This document shows positions 55,154 to 64,000 of a DNA stretch of 64,000 nt, piece after piece. The notes beneath the pieces are model-generated. The model saw only the letters and a program-made list of their open reading frames with translations, was not told the DNA's origin and searched no databases. The position numbers were made by a program, and so were the translations under genes. Positions within the stretch are counted from its first letter, which is position 1. Every line of letters begins with the position of its first letter. The DNA comes from Nitrososphaeria archaeon (GTDB lineage Archaea; Thermoproteota; Nitrososphaeria; Nitrososphaerales; JAAOZN01), in the NCBI GenBank assembly GCA_029775855.1, contig JARVJZ010000003.1:64001-128000 (forward strand), in the 5' to 3' direction.

Positions 55154-56648
55154 GCTGCTTTATTGTAGGTTCCGGCGCAAGAGTTTTAGCGAACTTCCTC
55201 TCAATCTCTTGTCTATGCAGTGTATTCATGGTGCAGAAGGGTATGATCCTCCCATCAGGAACAGCATAGTGTATACCGCATCTCTGAACCCTCTCTAAGT
55301 CAAAATTGTAGCCGTCCATAAAGTGCATTGAGCTAACCATAATTACTCTACGCATAAGCTGGCCAAGTGCACTGTAGCTACCTTCCTTTATGACCCCTGA
55401 AAGTAGTGAGCTAAGAACCCTCATCTTAAGGTGTCTAAGGGATGTTATCATCTTCATTTTCGCTCTAGTCTTCTTACCCGCTAAAGCAAGTTTAGCCACA
55501 TCTTCCATCTCAGCCATAAACGCATCCACATCAGCATAACGAGTTATAGGAAGAAGCTTACCGTCCTCGACGAAAACGAAGGTTGCCATGCCACAGTGCT
55601 CGTGCATCGTAAACTCTGGATACACCTTACCCTTAAGCGCAGCCATAGCCCTAGCGAAAGGCACAACAGTTGGAACGGGATAAAAGTCGTCTCGAGTTAT
55701 CTGCCCTTCAGTCTGCTCCTCCACCAGCCTCATGAAGTCCGTAATCGTAATCCTATATTCTCTTAGCTTCTGCCTATCTATCCTCCCAGTTATCGATACT
55801 GGCTGGACATTTACACATCGTATGATATCAAAATTTTCCGCTGCAAACTTAATTATGTCACCGAGTTGATCATCATTCACACCTCTAACCAAAGTTACTA
55901 CAAGCACTGTACTCTTATGTCCAACATTACGCAGATTCTCTAACGCCTTCAACTTGGTCTGGAGTAGATCGACACCTCGTGTTGTAAGATAGGTTTCACT
56001 TTTCACACCGTCAAACTGGAGATAAAAGGTGTTTACACCAGCGTCAGCAAGTTCCTTAGCATACTCTAAACTGTTTGCAATCCTTATCCCGTTTGTGTTC
56101 ACCTCAACATGAGAGATGCCAGCTTCATGCGCCTTCTTAACGAATTCTGGAAGGTCTTCGCGGAGAGTAGGTTCACCACCAGAGAACTGTAGAGCTTTTG
56201 TGCTGACTGGTTTATTCGCTGCAAGGTTATCTATCATAGCGAATATTTCCTCTTTTGACGGTTCGTATAGGTACCCCGCTGCCGCAGCGTTAGCGAAGCA
56301 TATGGGGCACCTAAGATTACATCTGTTCGTGACATCTATTATGCCAAGTATAGTGTAAGATTTGTGGTTTGGGCATAACCCGCAGTCGTAAGGGCATCCT
56401 TTATCCGCTTTAGTTCTTGGGTTTTCAACACCGACGCCGTCTCTCCTAAACTTCTGAACCCTCATATATTGCTCATAGTCACTCCAGTAGATGTCCTCAT
56501 AGCTACCATGCTCTGAGCAGCTCTTCCTAATCACCACCTTCCCATTAGAACGGTAGATAGATGCATTAACTACCTTGTAGCAGATGGGGCATATACTCTT
56601 TGTCTCCTTTAACAACATCAACGCAACCACTTCTCCCCCTAAACTCAT
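55140..56648 (-). CDS. tes: tetraether lipid synthase (GDGT-MAS, radical SAM)
   Basis: N-terminal SICP.C...K.C.EHG...DIYWSD, GCPYDCGLC.NH, VTNRCNLRCPICFA, QFDG, HCG, MHFMD.YNFDLERV.RC.IHY..PDGR.IPFC. Confidence 0.88.
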   Translation of the reverse strand: MSLGGEVVALMLLKETKSICPICYKVVNASIYRSNGKVVIRKSCSEHGSYEDIYWSDYEQYMRVQKFRRDGVGVENPRTKADKGCPYDCGLCPNHKSYTILGIIDVTNRCNLRCPICFANAAAAGYLYEPSKEEIFAMIDNLAANKPVSTKALQFSGGEPTLREDLPEFVKKAHEAGISHVEVNTNGIRIANSLEYAKELADAGVNTFYLQFDGVKSETYLTTRGVDLLQTKLKALENLRNVGHKSTVLVVTLVRGVNDDQLGDIIKFAAENFDIIRCVNVQPVSITGRIDRQKLREYRITITDFMRLVEEQTEGQITRDDFYPVPTVVPFARAMAALKGKVYPEFTMHEHCGMATFVFVEDGKLLPITRYADVDAFMAEMEDVAKLALAGKKTRAKMKMITSLRHLKMRVLSSLLSGVIKEGSYSALGQLMRRVIMVSSMHFMDGYNFDLERVQRCGIHYAVPDGRIIPFCTMNTLHRQEIERKFAKTLAPEPTIKQPIKV

Positions 56649-56693
56649 AATTAAATTCTATCTCTATTCTACACTTTTCACCTTAGGAAAGTT

Positions 56694-57686
56694 CTATAAA
56701 CCCAAGCTCTGCGATTTAACTAACACCTCAAGCTCCTGATCTACGCACGCGCTCTGCACCCCAAACCTTCTTATGCAATCCAAGCATCTCTCTGGGTCGC
56801 ATAAAGTAGTGCTTAGATACTTCTCTCCACCATCTGGTAAGATCGCTAAGATTACACCAGAATCCAGCTCCTCAGCCTTCTTCAACGCAGCATAAAATAT
56901 AGCACCAGAACTTGGGCCGCAGAAGATTCCCTCTTTAAGTGTTAGAAGTCTAGCTGTGTCCTCAGCTTCTTGTAGAGTGACGACGATCTTTTCATCAATT
57001 AGCGCTGGGTTCCAGATCCGCGGCACATACTGCACTTCAAGGTTCTTTAAACCTTGAATAGGTGTATTTTTATGGGGTTCTACCCCTATTATCTTCAGTT
57101 TAGGGTTCTTCTCCTTTAACTTCTTAGAGACACCCATCAGAGTGCCTGTTGTCCCCATACCTGCAACGATATGTGTAAGTCTATCTCCAAAGTCTCTCCA
57201 AATCTCTTCAGCAGTGGTTTCATAGTGTGCTCTCACATTATTGGTGTTAGCGAATTGATTCGGCATAAAATACTTCTCGGGATTTTTTGAAACTATCTGC
57301 CTCGCAAGATCTTCAGCACCATCCATACCTTTAGCGCCAGGTGATAGTATGATCCTTGCGCCATACGCCAATAGGATCTTCCTTCTCTCTAAACTCATAG
57401 TTTCAGGCATAACTAGAGCGAGCTTGTAACCTTTAACAGCACAGACTAGCGCTAAACCTATTCCAGTGTTTCCGCTTGTTGGCTCTATTACGATCTTGTC
57501 TTTCGTCAATACTCCTTCTTTTTCAGCAGCCTCTATCATATAGAGGGCTATTCTGTCTTTTATTGAGCCGGCTGGGTTAAACTTCTCAAGCTTTACATAG
57601 ATTTCCACGCTATCCTTCGGTCGTAGGTTATTGATTCTTACTACTGGAGTGTTGCCGATGAGTTCAAGGATATTGCTGTAGATCAT
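56694..57686 (-). CDS. cysK: cysteine synthase (CysK/CysM family) with a Cys-rich C-terminal tail
   Basis: GNTP, KLEKFNPAGSIKDR, EPTSGNTG, GMGTTGT, PDGGEKYLST, then CDPERCLDC...SAC. Confidence 0.88.
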   Translation of the reverse strand: MIYSNILELIGNTPVVRINNLRPKDSVEIYVKLEKFNPAGSIKDRIALYMIEAAEKEGVLTKDKIVIEPTSGNTGIGLALVCAVKGYKLALVMPETMSLERRKILLAYGARIILSPGAKGMDGAEDLARQIVSKNPEKYFMPNQFANTNNVRAHYETTAEEIWRDFGDRLTHIVAGMGTTGTLMGVSKKLKEKNPKLKIIGVEPHKNTPIQGLKNLEVQYVPRIWNPALIDEKIVVTLQEAEDTARLLTLKEGIFCGPSSGAIFYAALKKAEELDSGVILAILPDGGEKYLSTTLCDPERCLDCIRRFGVQSACVDQELEVLVKSQSLGL

Positions 57687-57777
57687 CCCTAGGCATCCCT
57701 CTAATTATATCGGTGATATAATCTATTCTACTTTAGAATTCAGCAAGAATATAAACTAAGACAACATTAGGATAACC

Positions 57778-58452
57778 GTGAAACGGTTAAGAGTAGACTT
57801 TAGTAGAGTCATCGACCTTTCCCAAACAATATCAAACGCCTCTCCAACTTATCCAGGAGATACAAAACCATCTATAGATAGGATACGAAGAATAGGTATA
57901 AATGGTTCAGCATATAATTTAAGCAGATTAACCATATCACCACATGTAGCTACGCATGTTGACGCACCTTTACACTTCTTATCGGAGGGGCGCTGTGTCG
58001 GCGACTTAGATCCTTTTGCATATTCTGGTGAAGCTGTAGTGGTGGACTTCTCATCAAAGAATAGTTTGGAGATCAACGCTGAAGACCTTGAAGCGAAGGC
58101 TGTGGAGGTGAGAAGTGGGTTTGTAGTGCTCCTATATACTGGCTTCAGCAAGATCGTGGGAAAAGTGGATTGGCTTCGGAATTATACTGCGCTAACTGAA
58201 GATGGTGCAAAGTGGTTGATAGATAAAGGTGTTAAAGCGGTGGGAACTGATGCGTTAAGCATAGAAAGGTATGATTCTAAAGATTACCGCGTTCACAAAC
58301 TGCTTCTACAAAACTCAATAGGTATAATCGAGGGGCTGTCCGATGAGCTCAAGAGGTTAATAGGTGTGAAGATACTCTTTATCTGCCTACCGCTTAAAAT
58401 AGAATGCTGTGAAGGTGCGCCTGCAAGGGCTATAGCGGTAAAACTGTCATAA
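57778..58452 (+). CDS. cyclase family metal-dependent hydrolase (kynurenine formamidase-like)
   Basis: IDLSQ, YPGD, HVATHVDAPLH, VGTD, HK.LL, LPLK..EGAPARA. Confidence 0.9.
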   Translation: MKRLRVDFSRVIDLSQTISNASPTYPGDTKPSIDRIRRIGINGSAYNLSRLTISPHVATHVDAPLHFLSEGRCVGDLDPFAYSGEAVVVDFSSKNSLEINAEDLEAKAVEVRSGFVVLLYTGFSKIVGKVDWLRNYTALTEDGAKWLIDKGVKAVGTDALSIERYDSKDYRVHKLLLQNSIGIIEGLSDELKRLIGVKILFICLPLKIECCEGAPARAIAVKLS

Positions 58453-58508
58453 AGATACAACATCGAGTTAATATGCAACTTTAAGCCCTTTAAGATACAG
58501 AGCCCACG

Positions 58509-59639
58509 TTGGAAGCAGATGTGTTAGTCATAGGTGCTGGCATAGTTGGCTTGAGCATAGCATACAATCTCGCAGAAATGGGTTGCAAGAAGATTATAGT
58601 TACTGAAAAAGAGTTCGCTGGAGCAGGCACAACAGGAAAAGGCGGAGGAGGGATAAGGCACCAATTTTCAACCGAACTTAACATAAAGCTGACAATCGAA
58701 AGCCTAAATCTGCTGAAAAGATTTAAAGAACTAACTGGATATGACCCTCAACTCAAAAGCATAAGCTACTATCTACTCGCAACCGAAGAAGAAGAAGCAT
58801 TGCTAAGAAGAAGCGTCGACGCCCAGATTAAACAAGGTCTTCACAGCACCCTCATAGAGCCTAGTGAACTAAAACCGATACTTAAAGGAGTAAAGCTAGA
58901 CGATATAGCAGCGGTCTCAACTTGCAGAGAAGACTCTTGGATCAACCCCCCAACCTTACTCCAAGGCTACTACGACTCTTGCATAAGACTCGGGGTATCA
59001 ATCTTAGAGCATACTGAAGTAAAACACTTGAGAAAAGAAGGTTGCTTAAGAGCAGAGACTACTGTAGGACATATAGATGCTGAGACAGTAGTTATAGCGG
59101 CTGGCGCATACAGCGGGCTCATCGGTAAAAGCATAGGTGTTGAAATACCTATCCAACCATTTAAAAGGCAAGTGTTTTACGTTGAGGGCTTAGATAAAGT
59201 TGCTGAACCGAATCTTGTGCTCTTCGACCTACATAATAAGGTTGCTTTAGTCAATAGAGTTGAGGGGCCTATCGTTGGTATTCACGATAGAAGCACGCTG
59301 GGTTCGTTTGATGAAACCCTTAACCTTAATGATGCTCCATATGTAAAGGAGGTCGCAGCACAGCGAATACCCCCTATCAAAAAAGCGGAGTTAACGGGTG
59401 GGATAGCTGGGTTATACGAAATGACACCAGACAGAAACCCCATAATAGGTAAAATAGCCAGTGTAGAAGGCTTGTTTTGCGCTGCTGGCTTTAGTGGGCA
59501 CGGTATTATGCACGCACCCATAATAGGCAAAATCATAGCTGAGATGATAGTTAAAGATAAACCCTCAATAGATATATCACAGTTCTCAATAAATCGTTTT
59601 TCAAATAACAAACAGGTTTACGAGCACATCGTGATTTAA
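58509..59639 (+). CDS. FAD-dependent amine/amino-acid oxidoreductase (DAO / sarcosine oxidase beta-like)
   Basis: GAGIVG, GTTGK.GGGIR.QF, AAGA.S, TPDRNPIIG, GFSGHG.M.AP..G. Confidence 0.88.
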   Translation: MEADVLVIGAGIVGLSIAYNLAEMGCKKIIVTEKEFAGAGTTGKGGGGIRHQFSTELNIKLTIESLNLLKRFKELTGYDPQLKSISYYLLATEEEEALLRRSVDAQIKQGLHSTLIEPSELKPILKGVKLDDIAAVSTCREDSWINPPTLLQGYYDSCIRLGVSILEHTEVKHLRKEGCLRAETTVGHIDAETVVIAAGAYSGLIGKSIGVEIPIQPFKRQVFYVEGLDKVAEPNLVLFDLHNKVALVNRVEGPIVGIHDRSTLGSFDETLNLNDAPYVKEVAAQRIPPIKKAELTGGIAGLYEMTPDRNPIIGKIASVEGLFCAAGFSGHGIMHAPIIGKIIAEMIVKDKPSIDISQFSINRFSNNKQVYEHIVI

Positions 59640-60610
59640 GTGTAAAGGTGGCAATAGACCTCATGCTCACCATCCTTCACCACAGCTTGAGGCTCCACAG
59701 TTCTACACTTATCCATAACCTTCGGACACCTAGTATGAAATCTGCACCCCTTTGGTATGTTAACTGAGCTCGGCACATCCCCCTTTAAAATTATCCTCTC
59801 TACAGCCTCTCGCTGCAGACGTGGCGCAGATGAGAGAAGAGCTTGGCTATATGGGTGGAGAGGTTCCGTAAAGAACTTTCTTGAGGGAGCTTTCTCAACA
59901 ATAACCCCAAGATACATTACAGCAACATAATCGCTGATATATTTAACAAGTGAAAGATCATGCGATATAAAAAGGTAAGTCAACTTATACTTCTTTTGCA
60001 GATCAAGCAACAGATTGACTATCTGTGCTCTAACTGATACATCCAGCGACGATACTGGTTCATCTAACACTATAAACTTTGGGTTTACTGCTAGTGCTCT
60101 TGCTATTCCAACACGCTGCTTCTGCCCTCCGCTAAGCGCCCTCGGATACCTATATTGATGCTCATACTCTAAACCAACACTAACAAGTAGCTCGCCGACC
60201 ACTTTATCAGTGGCTTCCTTTCCGCCGACTCTCAAAGCCTCTTTTAACGTCGCCCCAACCGTAAGCCTCGGGTTAAGCGAAGACTCGGGATCTTGGAAGA
60301 CTATTTGCGCTTTTCTTCTAAAAATCCTAAATTCTTCGCCTTTTAGACCAACAATATTTTGTCCTTCAAACAATATCTTACCCCTATCAGGAGTCAATAA
60401 ACCTAAAACAAGCCTACCTAAGGTAGATTTACCACAACCAGATTCACCTACAAGACTAGTTATCACCTCTTTAGGTATCTGTAAATTTACGCCATCGACC
60501 GCGTGAACAAAACCTTTAGTGCGCTTAAAGAAGCCTCCAGTTATAGGGAACCACTTAATCAAGTTCTCTGTCGCTACGAGCGCACCTTCAGTATAACCAG
60601 CATCTGACAA
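59636..60610 (-). CDS. oppF: oligopeptide/dipeptide ABC transporter ATP-binding protein
   Basis: HAVDGV, GESGCGKST, LSGGQKQR, LDEPVSSLD, C-terminal GCRFHTRC; probable TTG start at 60610 after GGAGG. Confidence 0.92.
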   Translation of the reverse strand: MSDAGYTEGALVATENLIKWFPITGGFFKRTKGFVHAVDGVNLQIPKEVITSLVGESGCGKSTLGRLVLGLLTPDRGKILFEGQNIVGLKGEEFRIFRRKAQIVFQDPESSLNPRLTVGATLKEALRVGGKEATDKVVGELLVSVGLEYEHQYRYPRALSGGQKQRVGIARALAVNPKFIVLDEPVSSLDVSVRAQIVNLLLDLQKKYKLTYLFISHDLSLVKYISDYVAVMYLGVIVEKAPSRKFFTEPLHPYSQALLSSAPRLQREAVERIILKGDVPSSVNIPKGCRFHTRCPKVMDKCRTVEPQAVVKDGEHEVYCHLYT

Positions 60611-61562
60611 AGTGGTTTGCCTCCACCTCCAAATCCAGAGGCTCTTCAGCAACACATCTCTCAAATACGTATTTACATCGAGGATGAAATTTGCAGCCAG
60701 AGGGGTATTCTATCGGGTTAGGAATAGAGCCAGGTATTGGTTTTAACTTCTCCTCCTCTTTAGTAAGCTTAGGTAAGGAATCTAAAAGCCCTTGAGTATA
60801 GGGGTGAAGAGGTTTATCTAGCAAATTCCTTAGCGGCGCTCTTTCCACAATTCTACCAGCATACTGTATAGCTACAGTATCACAAAGCTCTGCCACAACT
60901 CCCAGATCGTGACTTATGAGTATCGTCGACGTATTAAGCTCCTTAATAAGCCTCTTAAACAAATCAAGTATCTGAGCTTGAACAGTAACATCTAGCGCGG
61001 TTGTGGGTTCATCTGCTATAAGCAACGTGGGTCTACACGCTAAAGCCATAGCTATCATAACTCTTTGCCTCATGCCTCCGCTAAACTGATGAGGATAGCG
61101 CTTCACGCTTTCAGACGGATCAGGCACTCTCACCATGTCCAGAAGTTCCACAGCTTTAGCTAATGCTTCTTTTTCGCCTAAACCTTTATGTATCTTAAAG
61201 ACCTCAGCTAACTGTTCACCTACTGTAAAGACTGGGTTTAAAGATGTCATAGGGTCTTGGAAGACCATCGCTATCTTGGATCCACGGAGTCTGCGTAACT
61301 CCTCTTTACTTTTTTTAGTTAGATCTTCACCTTCAAAGATGATTTTACCCGAAACTATCTTGGCGCCTATGGGTAGTAGACCTATTATCGACAGCGCAGC
61401 TACACTCTTTCCGCACCCTGACTCACCAACTAAACCAAGCGCTTCGCCTCTGTGCACAAGCAGATTCACACCATCAACCGCTTTTAACACTCCTTGTGAT
61501 AAGAAAAAGTATGTTCTCAGATCCTCAACATTCAAGAGGACATCTGATGACATTCTAAACAC
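60588..61562 (-). CDS. oppD: oligopeptide/dipeptide ABC transporter ATP-binding protein
   Basis: GESGCGKS, FQDPMTSLNP, YPHQFSGGMRQR, ADEPTTALD, GCKFHPRC. Confidence 0.93.
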   Translation of the reverse strand: MFRMSSDVLLNVEDLRTYFFLSQGVLKAVDGVNLLVHRGEALGLVGESGCGKSVAALSIIGLLPIGAKIVSGKIIFEGEDLTKKSKEELRRLRGSKIAMVFQDPMTSLNPVFTVGEQLAEVFKIHKGLGEKEALAKAVELLDMVRVPDPSESVKRYPHQFSGGMRQRVMIAMALACRPTLLIADEPTTALDVTVQAQILDLFKRLIKELNTSTILISHDLGVVAELCDTVAIQYAGRIVERAPLRNLLDKPLHPYTQGLLDSLPKLTKEEEKLKPIPGSIPNPIEYPSGCKFHPRCKYVFERCVAEEPLDLEVEANHFVRCWLY

Positions 61563-62441
61563 CTATAGCGCAAGGGTAGGATCAAGCGCATCCCTTAACG
61601 CATCGCCAAGAAGATTGAACGCCAAGACAACCAAAAAGATCGCTAACCCAGGAAATGTGGCAACGTGAGGGCTAGACATTAAATATTCTCTGCCTGTGCC
61701 AAGCATGGTGCCCCATTCAGGTATTGTAGGCTCAACACCCAATCCTAAGAAACCTAATCCAGCTGCTGTAAGTATTGCTGTGCCAAGCTGAAGGGTTGAT
61801 TGAACTATTAACGGATCTACTGTGTTAAGAAAGATATGCTTAAACAAGATAGTGGGGCTACGTAATCCAAGAGCGCGGACAGCTTCGACATAACTTAACT
61901 CTCTGATATAAAGTGTCTGCCCTCTTGCCAACCTTATATAGACAGGTACAGAAGAGATGCCAACAGCGATTATCACGTTAGTCAAACCTACACCAAGTGT
62001 TGCAACTAAAACCAGAGCTAGCAGAATGCCAGGAAAAGCAAGCAATACATCAGTTAACCTCTGCAGCGCAAAGTCTATTGCGCCACCATAGTAGCCTGAG
62101 ATGATTCCTATAGGGGCTCCTATAGCTAGCCCTATAAGAACTGCTAGGAACCCTATGAACATCGAAATTCTGGCACCATACATTATTCGTGTAGCAATAT
62201 CTCTACCTAACTCATCGGTGCCCAATATGTGGTCAGATGAGGGCGGCCTTAAAGCTTCAGAAAGGTTAATCTTAATAGGATCATAAGGAGATAAAAACGG
62301 CGCTAACACACCTACAATAACAAAAAACAGAAGTATAGGCACCCCTAATCTTGCAGACCTATGTTTGCTTAGTCTTCGGATAACTTCCCTTCTCCAATAT
62401 TTATCAAGCGCGTCTTTTGAGGAGTTGGATGCAGTTTTCAT
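61563..62441 (-). CDS. dppC: oligopeptide/dipeptide ABC permease
   Basis: HILGTDELGRD, GARIS, YVEAVRALG, LGFLGLG...PEWG. Confidence 0.92.
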   Translation of the reverse strand: MKTASNSSKDALDKYWRREVIRRLSKHRSARLGVPILLFFVIVGVLAPFLSPYDPIKINLSEALRPPSSDHILGTDELGRDIATRIMYGARISMFIGFLAVLIGLAIGAPIGIISGYYGGAIDFALQRLTDVLLAFPGILLALVLVATLGVGLTNVIIAVGISSVPVYIRLARGQTLYIRELSYVEAVRALGLRSPTILFKHIFLNTVDPLIVQSTLQLGTAILTAAGLGFLGLGVEPTIPEWGTMLGTGREYLMSSPHVATFPGLAIFLVVLAFNLLGDALRDALDPTLAL

Positions 62442-62450
62442 AGCTCCTAT

Positions 62451-63389
62451 CTACTCGTATCTTATTCTAGGGTCTATGTATGCGTAAAGAATATCGACAA
62501 TAAGGTTAACAACGATAAAGATCAGAGAGAATAGAAGCACACCCCCTTGGATCAATGGGTAGTCACGATTTGAGATCGCATTAACCAAAAGGCGACCCAT
62601 ACCAGGCCAAGCAAAGACCGTCTCAGTAAGAACGGTTCCACTTAAAAGATAGCCAAAATACAATCCTGTGATCGTAGTCACAGGTAAAAGAGCATTCCTT
62701 AAAGCGTGTTTATAGTTGACTGTATACTCTGTCGCACCTTTAGACCGCGCTGTTCTAATATAATCCTGACCTAACACACTTAACATACTTGACCTGGTCA
62801 TCCTAGCTAAAACACCGATCAAATGAGCAGCCAAAGTCAAAGCAGGAAGTATAACATACCTTGGATCCCAATTTGGGATCCCTATACCGCCAGCAGGCAG
62901 AACTCTAAGCGTGACAGCGAACAATAAAATGAGCATAAGTCCAAGCCAGAATGCAGGCATAGACACACCAAAGAGAGAAGCAACAATAGCAACTTGATCT
63001 ATGGCTTTGCCCCTGTTTATAGCTGAAATTATACCTATAACTATCCCTACTGGAATCGCAATAGCCATGGCTGCAACGGCGAGAATGAATGTGTTTTGCA
63101 TTGTCTCCATTAGTTGAGGAAGAACAGGCTTACCAGTGAACATCGACTTCCCTAAATCTAGCCTAATCAGATTCCACATAAAAGAAGCATACTGCTCCCA
63201 GATGGGTCTATCTAAACCGAGTTGACGCCGTATCGTCTCAACTTCTTCTTCAGTAGCGGCAACACCAGCAATAACTCTCGCTGGATCGCCAGGTAGAAAC
63301 CTAACCATCGCAAATACTATTACAGTTACACCTATTATGACGGGGATGGCTAAAACAATTCTCCTTAATATATATCCAAGCATAATCAA
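62451..63389 (-). CDS. dppB: oligopeptide/dipeptide ABC permease
   Basis: PGDPA, LGLDRP, DYIRTARSKG, HALRNA, ETVFAWPGMG, DPRIR. Confidence 0.93.
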   Translation of the reverse strand: MIMLGYILRRIVLAIPVIIGVTVIVFAMVRFLPGDPARVIAGVAATEEEVETIRRQLGLDRPIWEQYASFMWNLIRLDLGKSMFTGKPVLPQLMETMQNTFILAVAAMAIAIPVGIVIGIISAINRGKAIDQVAIVASLFGVSMPAFWLGLMLILLFAVTLRVLPAGGIGIPNWDPRYVILPALTLAAHLIGVLARMTRSSMLSVLGQDYIRTARSKGATEYTVNYKHALRNALLPVTTITGLYFGYLLSGTVLTETVFAWPGMGRLLVNAISNRDYPLIQGGVLLFSLIFIVVNLIVDILYAYIDPRIRYE

Positions 63390-63412
63390 ACCTCACAAAA
63401 ATTAAGAGTAGG

Positions 63413-64000
63413 CTATCCGCCTACTCTATCAAGTCCTGTTATATCATATGTGTCCGCTATGTTGCTTGGCACTACACCCTTAACATTCTTAGAGTAGACT
63501 ACAACGTTCTTTTGGAAGTATAGAAGTGCTTGTGGTTGTTCCTTCCAGAGTATACGCATTATCTGGTCATACAGTTGAAGTCTAACTTTAGGATCAGGCT
63601 CTTCACGCGCCTTCTTTATCATCGCTTTGACTTCCTCATTACCATAGTATACGAGTGAATTACCCTGAGGAACCCAAGGTCCACCAAAGTATGAAGTTAA
63701 CACACCATCTGCATCCATGACCACTATACCATATCCAGTTAATGCCATCTGCATCTTAGTCTCGTTGATAGGTGCTGTTAGATGCTTCACAAATGTAGGC
63801 CAATCCTGAACAAGCAACTCAACATCGATGCCGACCTCCCTAAGATACGCTTGAATTGCTTGAGAAACCTGCAAATCAAAAAGGTATCTTCCTGAAGGTG
63901 TGGCGAAGGTCGCCTTGAATCCATTAGGGTAGCCAGCTTCAGCTAAGAGCTGCTTAGCCTTAGCCGGATCATAGGGCCACTTGCCTAAGCTTGTGTAACC
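63413..64000 (-). CDS. dppA: peptide ABC substrate-binding protein, family 5 (5'-truncated by the window edge)
   Basis: Frame open to the edge: WPYDPAKAKQLLAEAGYPNGF...QAIQAYLREVGIDVEL...DPKVR..LY. Confidence 0.88.
   Translation of the reverse strand, partial: GYTSLGKWPYDPAKAKQLLAEAGYPNGFKATFATPSGRYLFDLQVSQAIQAYLREVGIDVELLVQDWPTFVKHLTAPINETKMQMALTGYGIVVMDADGVLTSYFGGPWVPQGNSLVYYGNEEVKAMIKKAREEPDPKVRLQLYDQIMRILWKEQPQALLYFQKNVVVYSKNVKGVVPSNIADTYDITGLDRVGG

Noticed and set aside
55140-56648. Legacy annotation as 7,8-dihydro-6-hydroxymethylpterin dimethyltransferase or MoaA
   Set aside because: This family (MJ0619-like) has been reassigned as tetraether synthase, and the N-terminal metal site and C-terminal Cys motifs fit Tes.
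1-64000. CRISPR arrays, rRNA genes, intact IS elements
   Set aside because: No regularly spaced direct repeats, rRNA-like GC-rich blocks or transposase ORFs were seen.

Overview
Archaeal chromosome segment, gene-dense and moderately AT-rich. The gene set (Thr1-less proteasome beta paralogue, divergent FtsZ, L31e/L39e/S19e, TiaS, Taw1, Nep1, Tes, modified mevalonate pathway) suggests a TACK-group archaeon, probably a basal heterotrophic Nitrososphaerota. That placement is an inference from gene content, not a phylogeny. Most of the window is housekeeping: tRNA/rRNA modification, ribosomal proteins, glycine cleavage P, acetyl-CoA synthetase, lipid synthesis and a peptide ABC transporter. There are two accessory zones. 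The first (~5.9-15.5 kb) holds an AT-rich catabolic/ABC cluster, a non-canonical tRNA-Thr(CGT) and a collapsed integrative-element relic. The second (~42.9-49.9 kb) holds a stand-alone NurA-HerA pair, a Type IIG restriction-modification enzyme and a decayed vapBC, next to an intron-containing tRNA-Ala(TGC). Features read directly from the DNA and missing from the ORF track are rpl39e, two tRNAs, a C/D-box-like RNA and several pseudogene fragments. The best candidates for undescribed biology are a membrane-anchored wHTH regulator with a secreted helical protein and a protease cluster (33.3-38.9 kb), a ribophorin I-like protein, a TusA-DsrE-cysteine synthase-sulfite oxidase operon, the Mre11/Rad50-free NurA(wHTH)-HerA pair, the tRNA-Thr with coupled 18/55 substitutions, and the C/D-box-like RNA in front of the mevalonate operon. 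All family calls come from motif recognition by eye; no searches were run.
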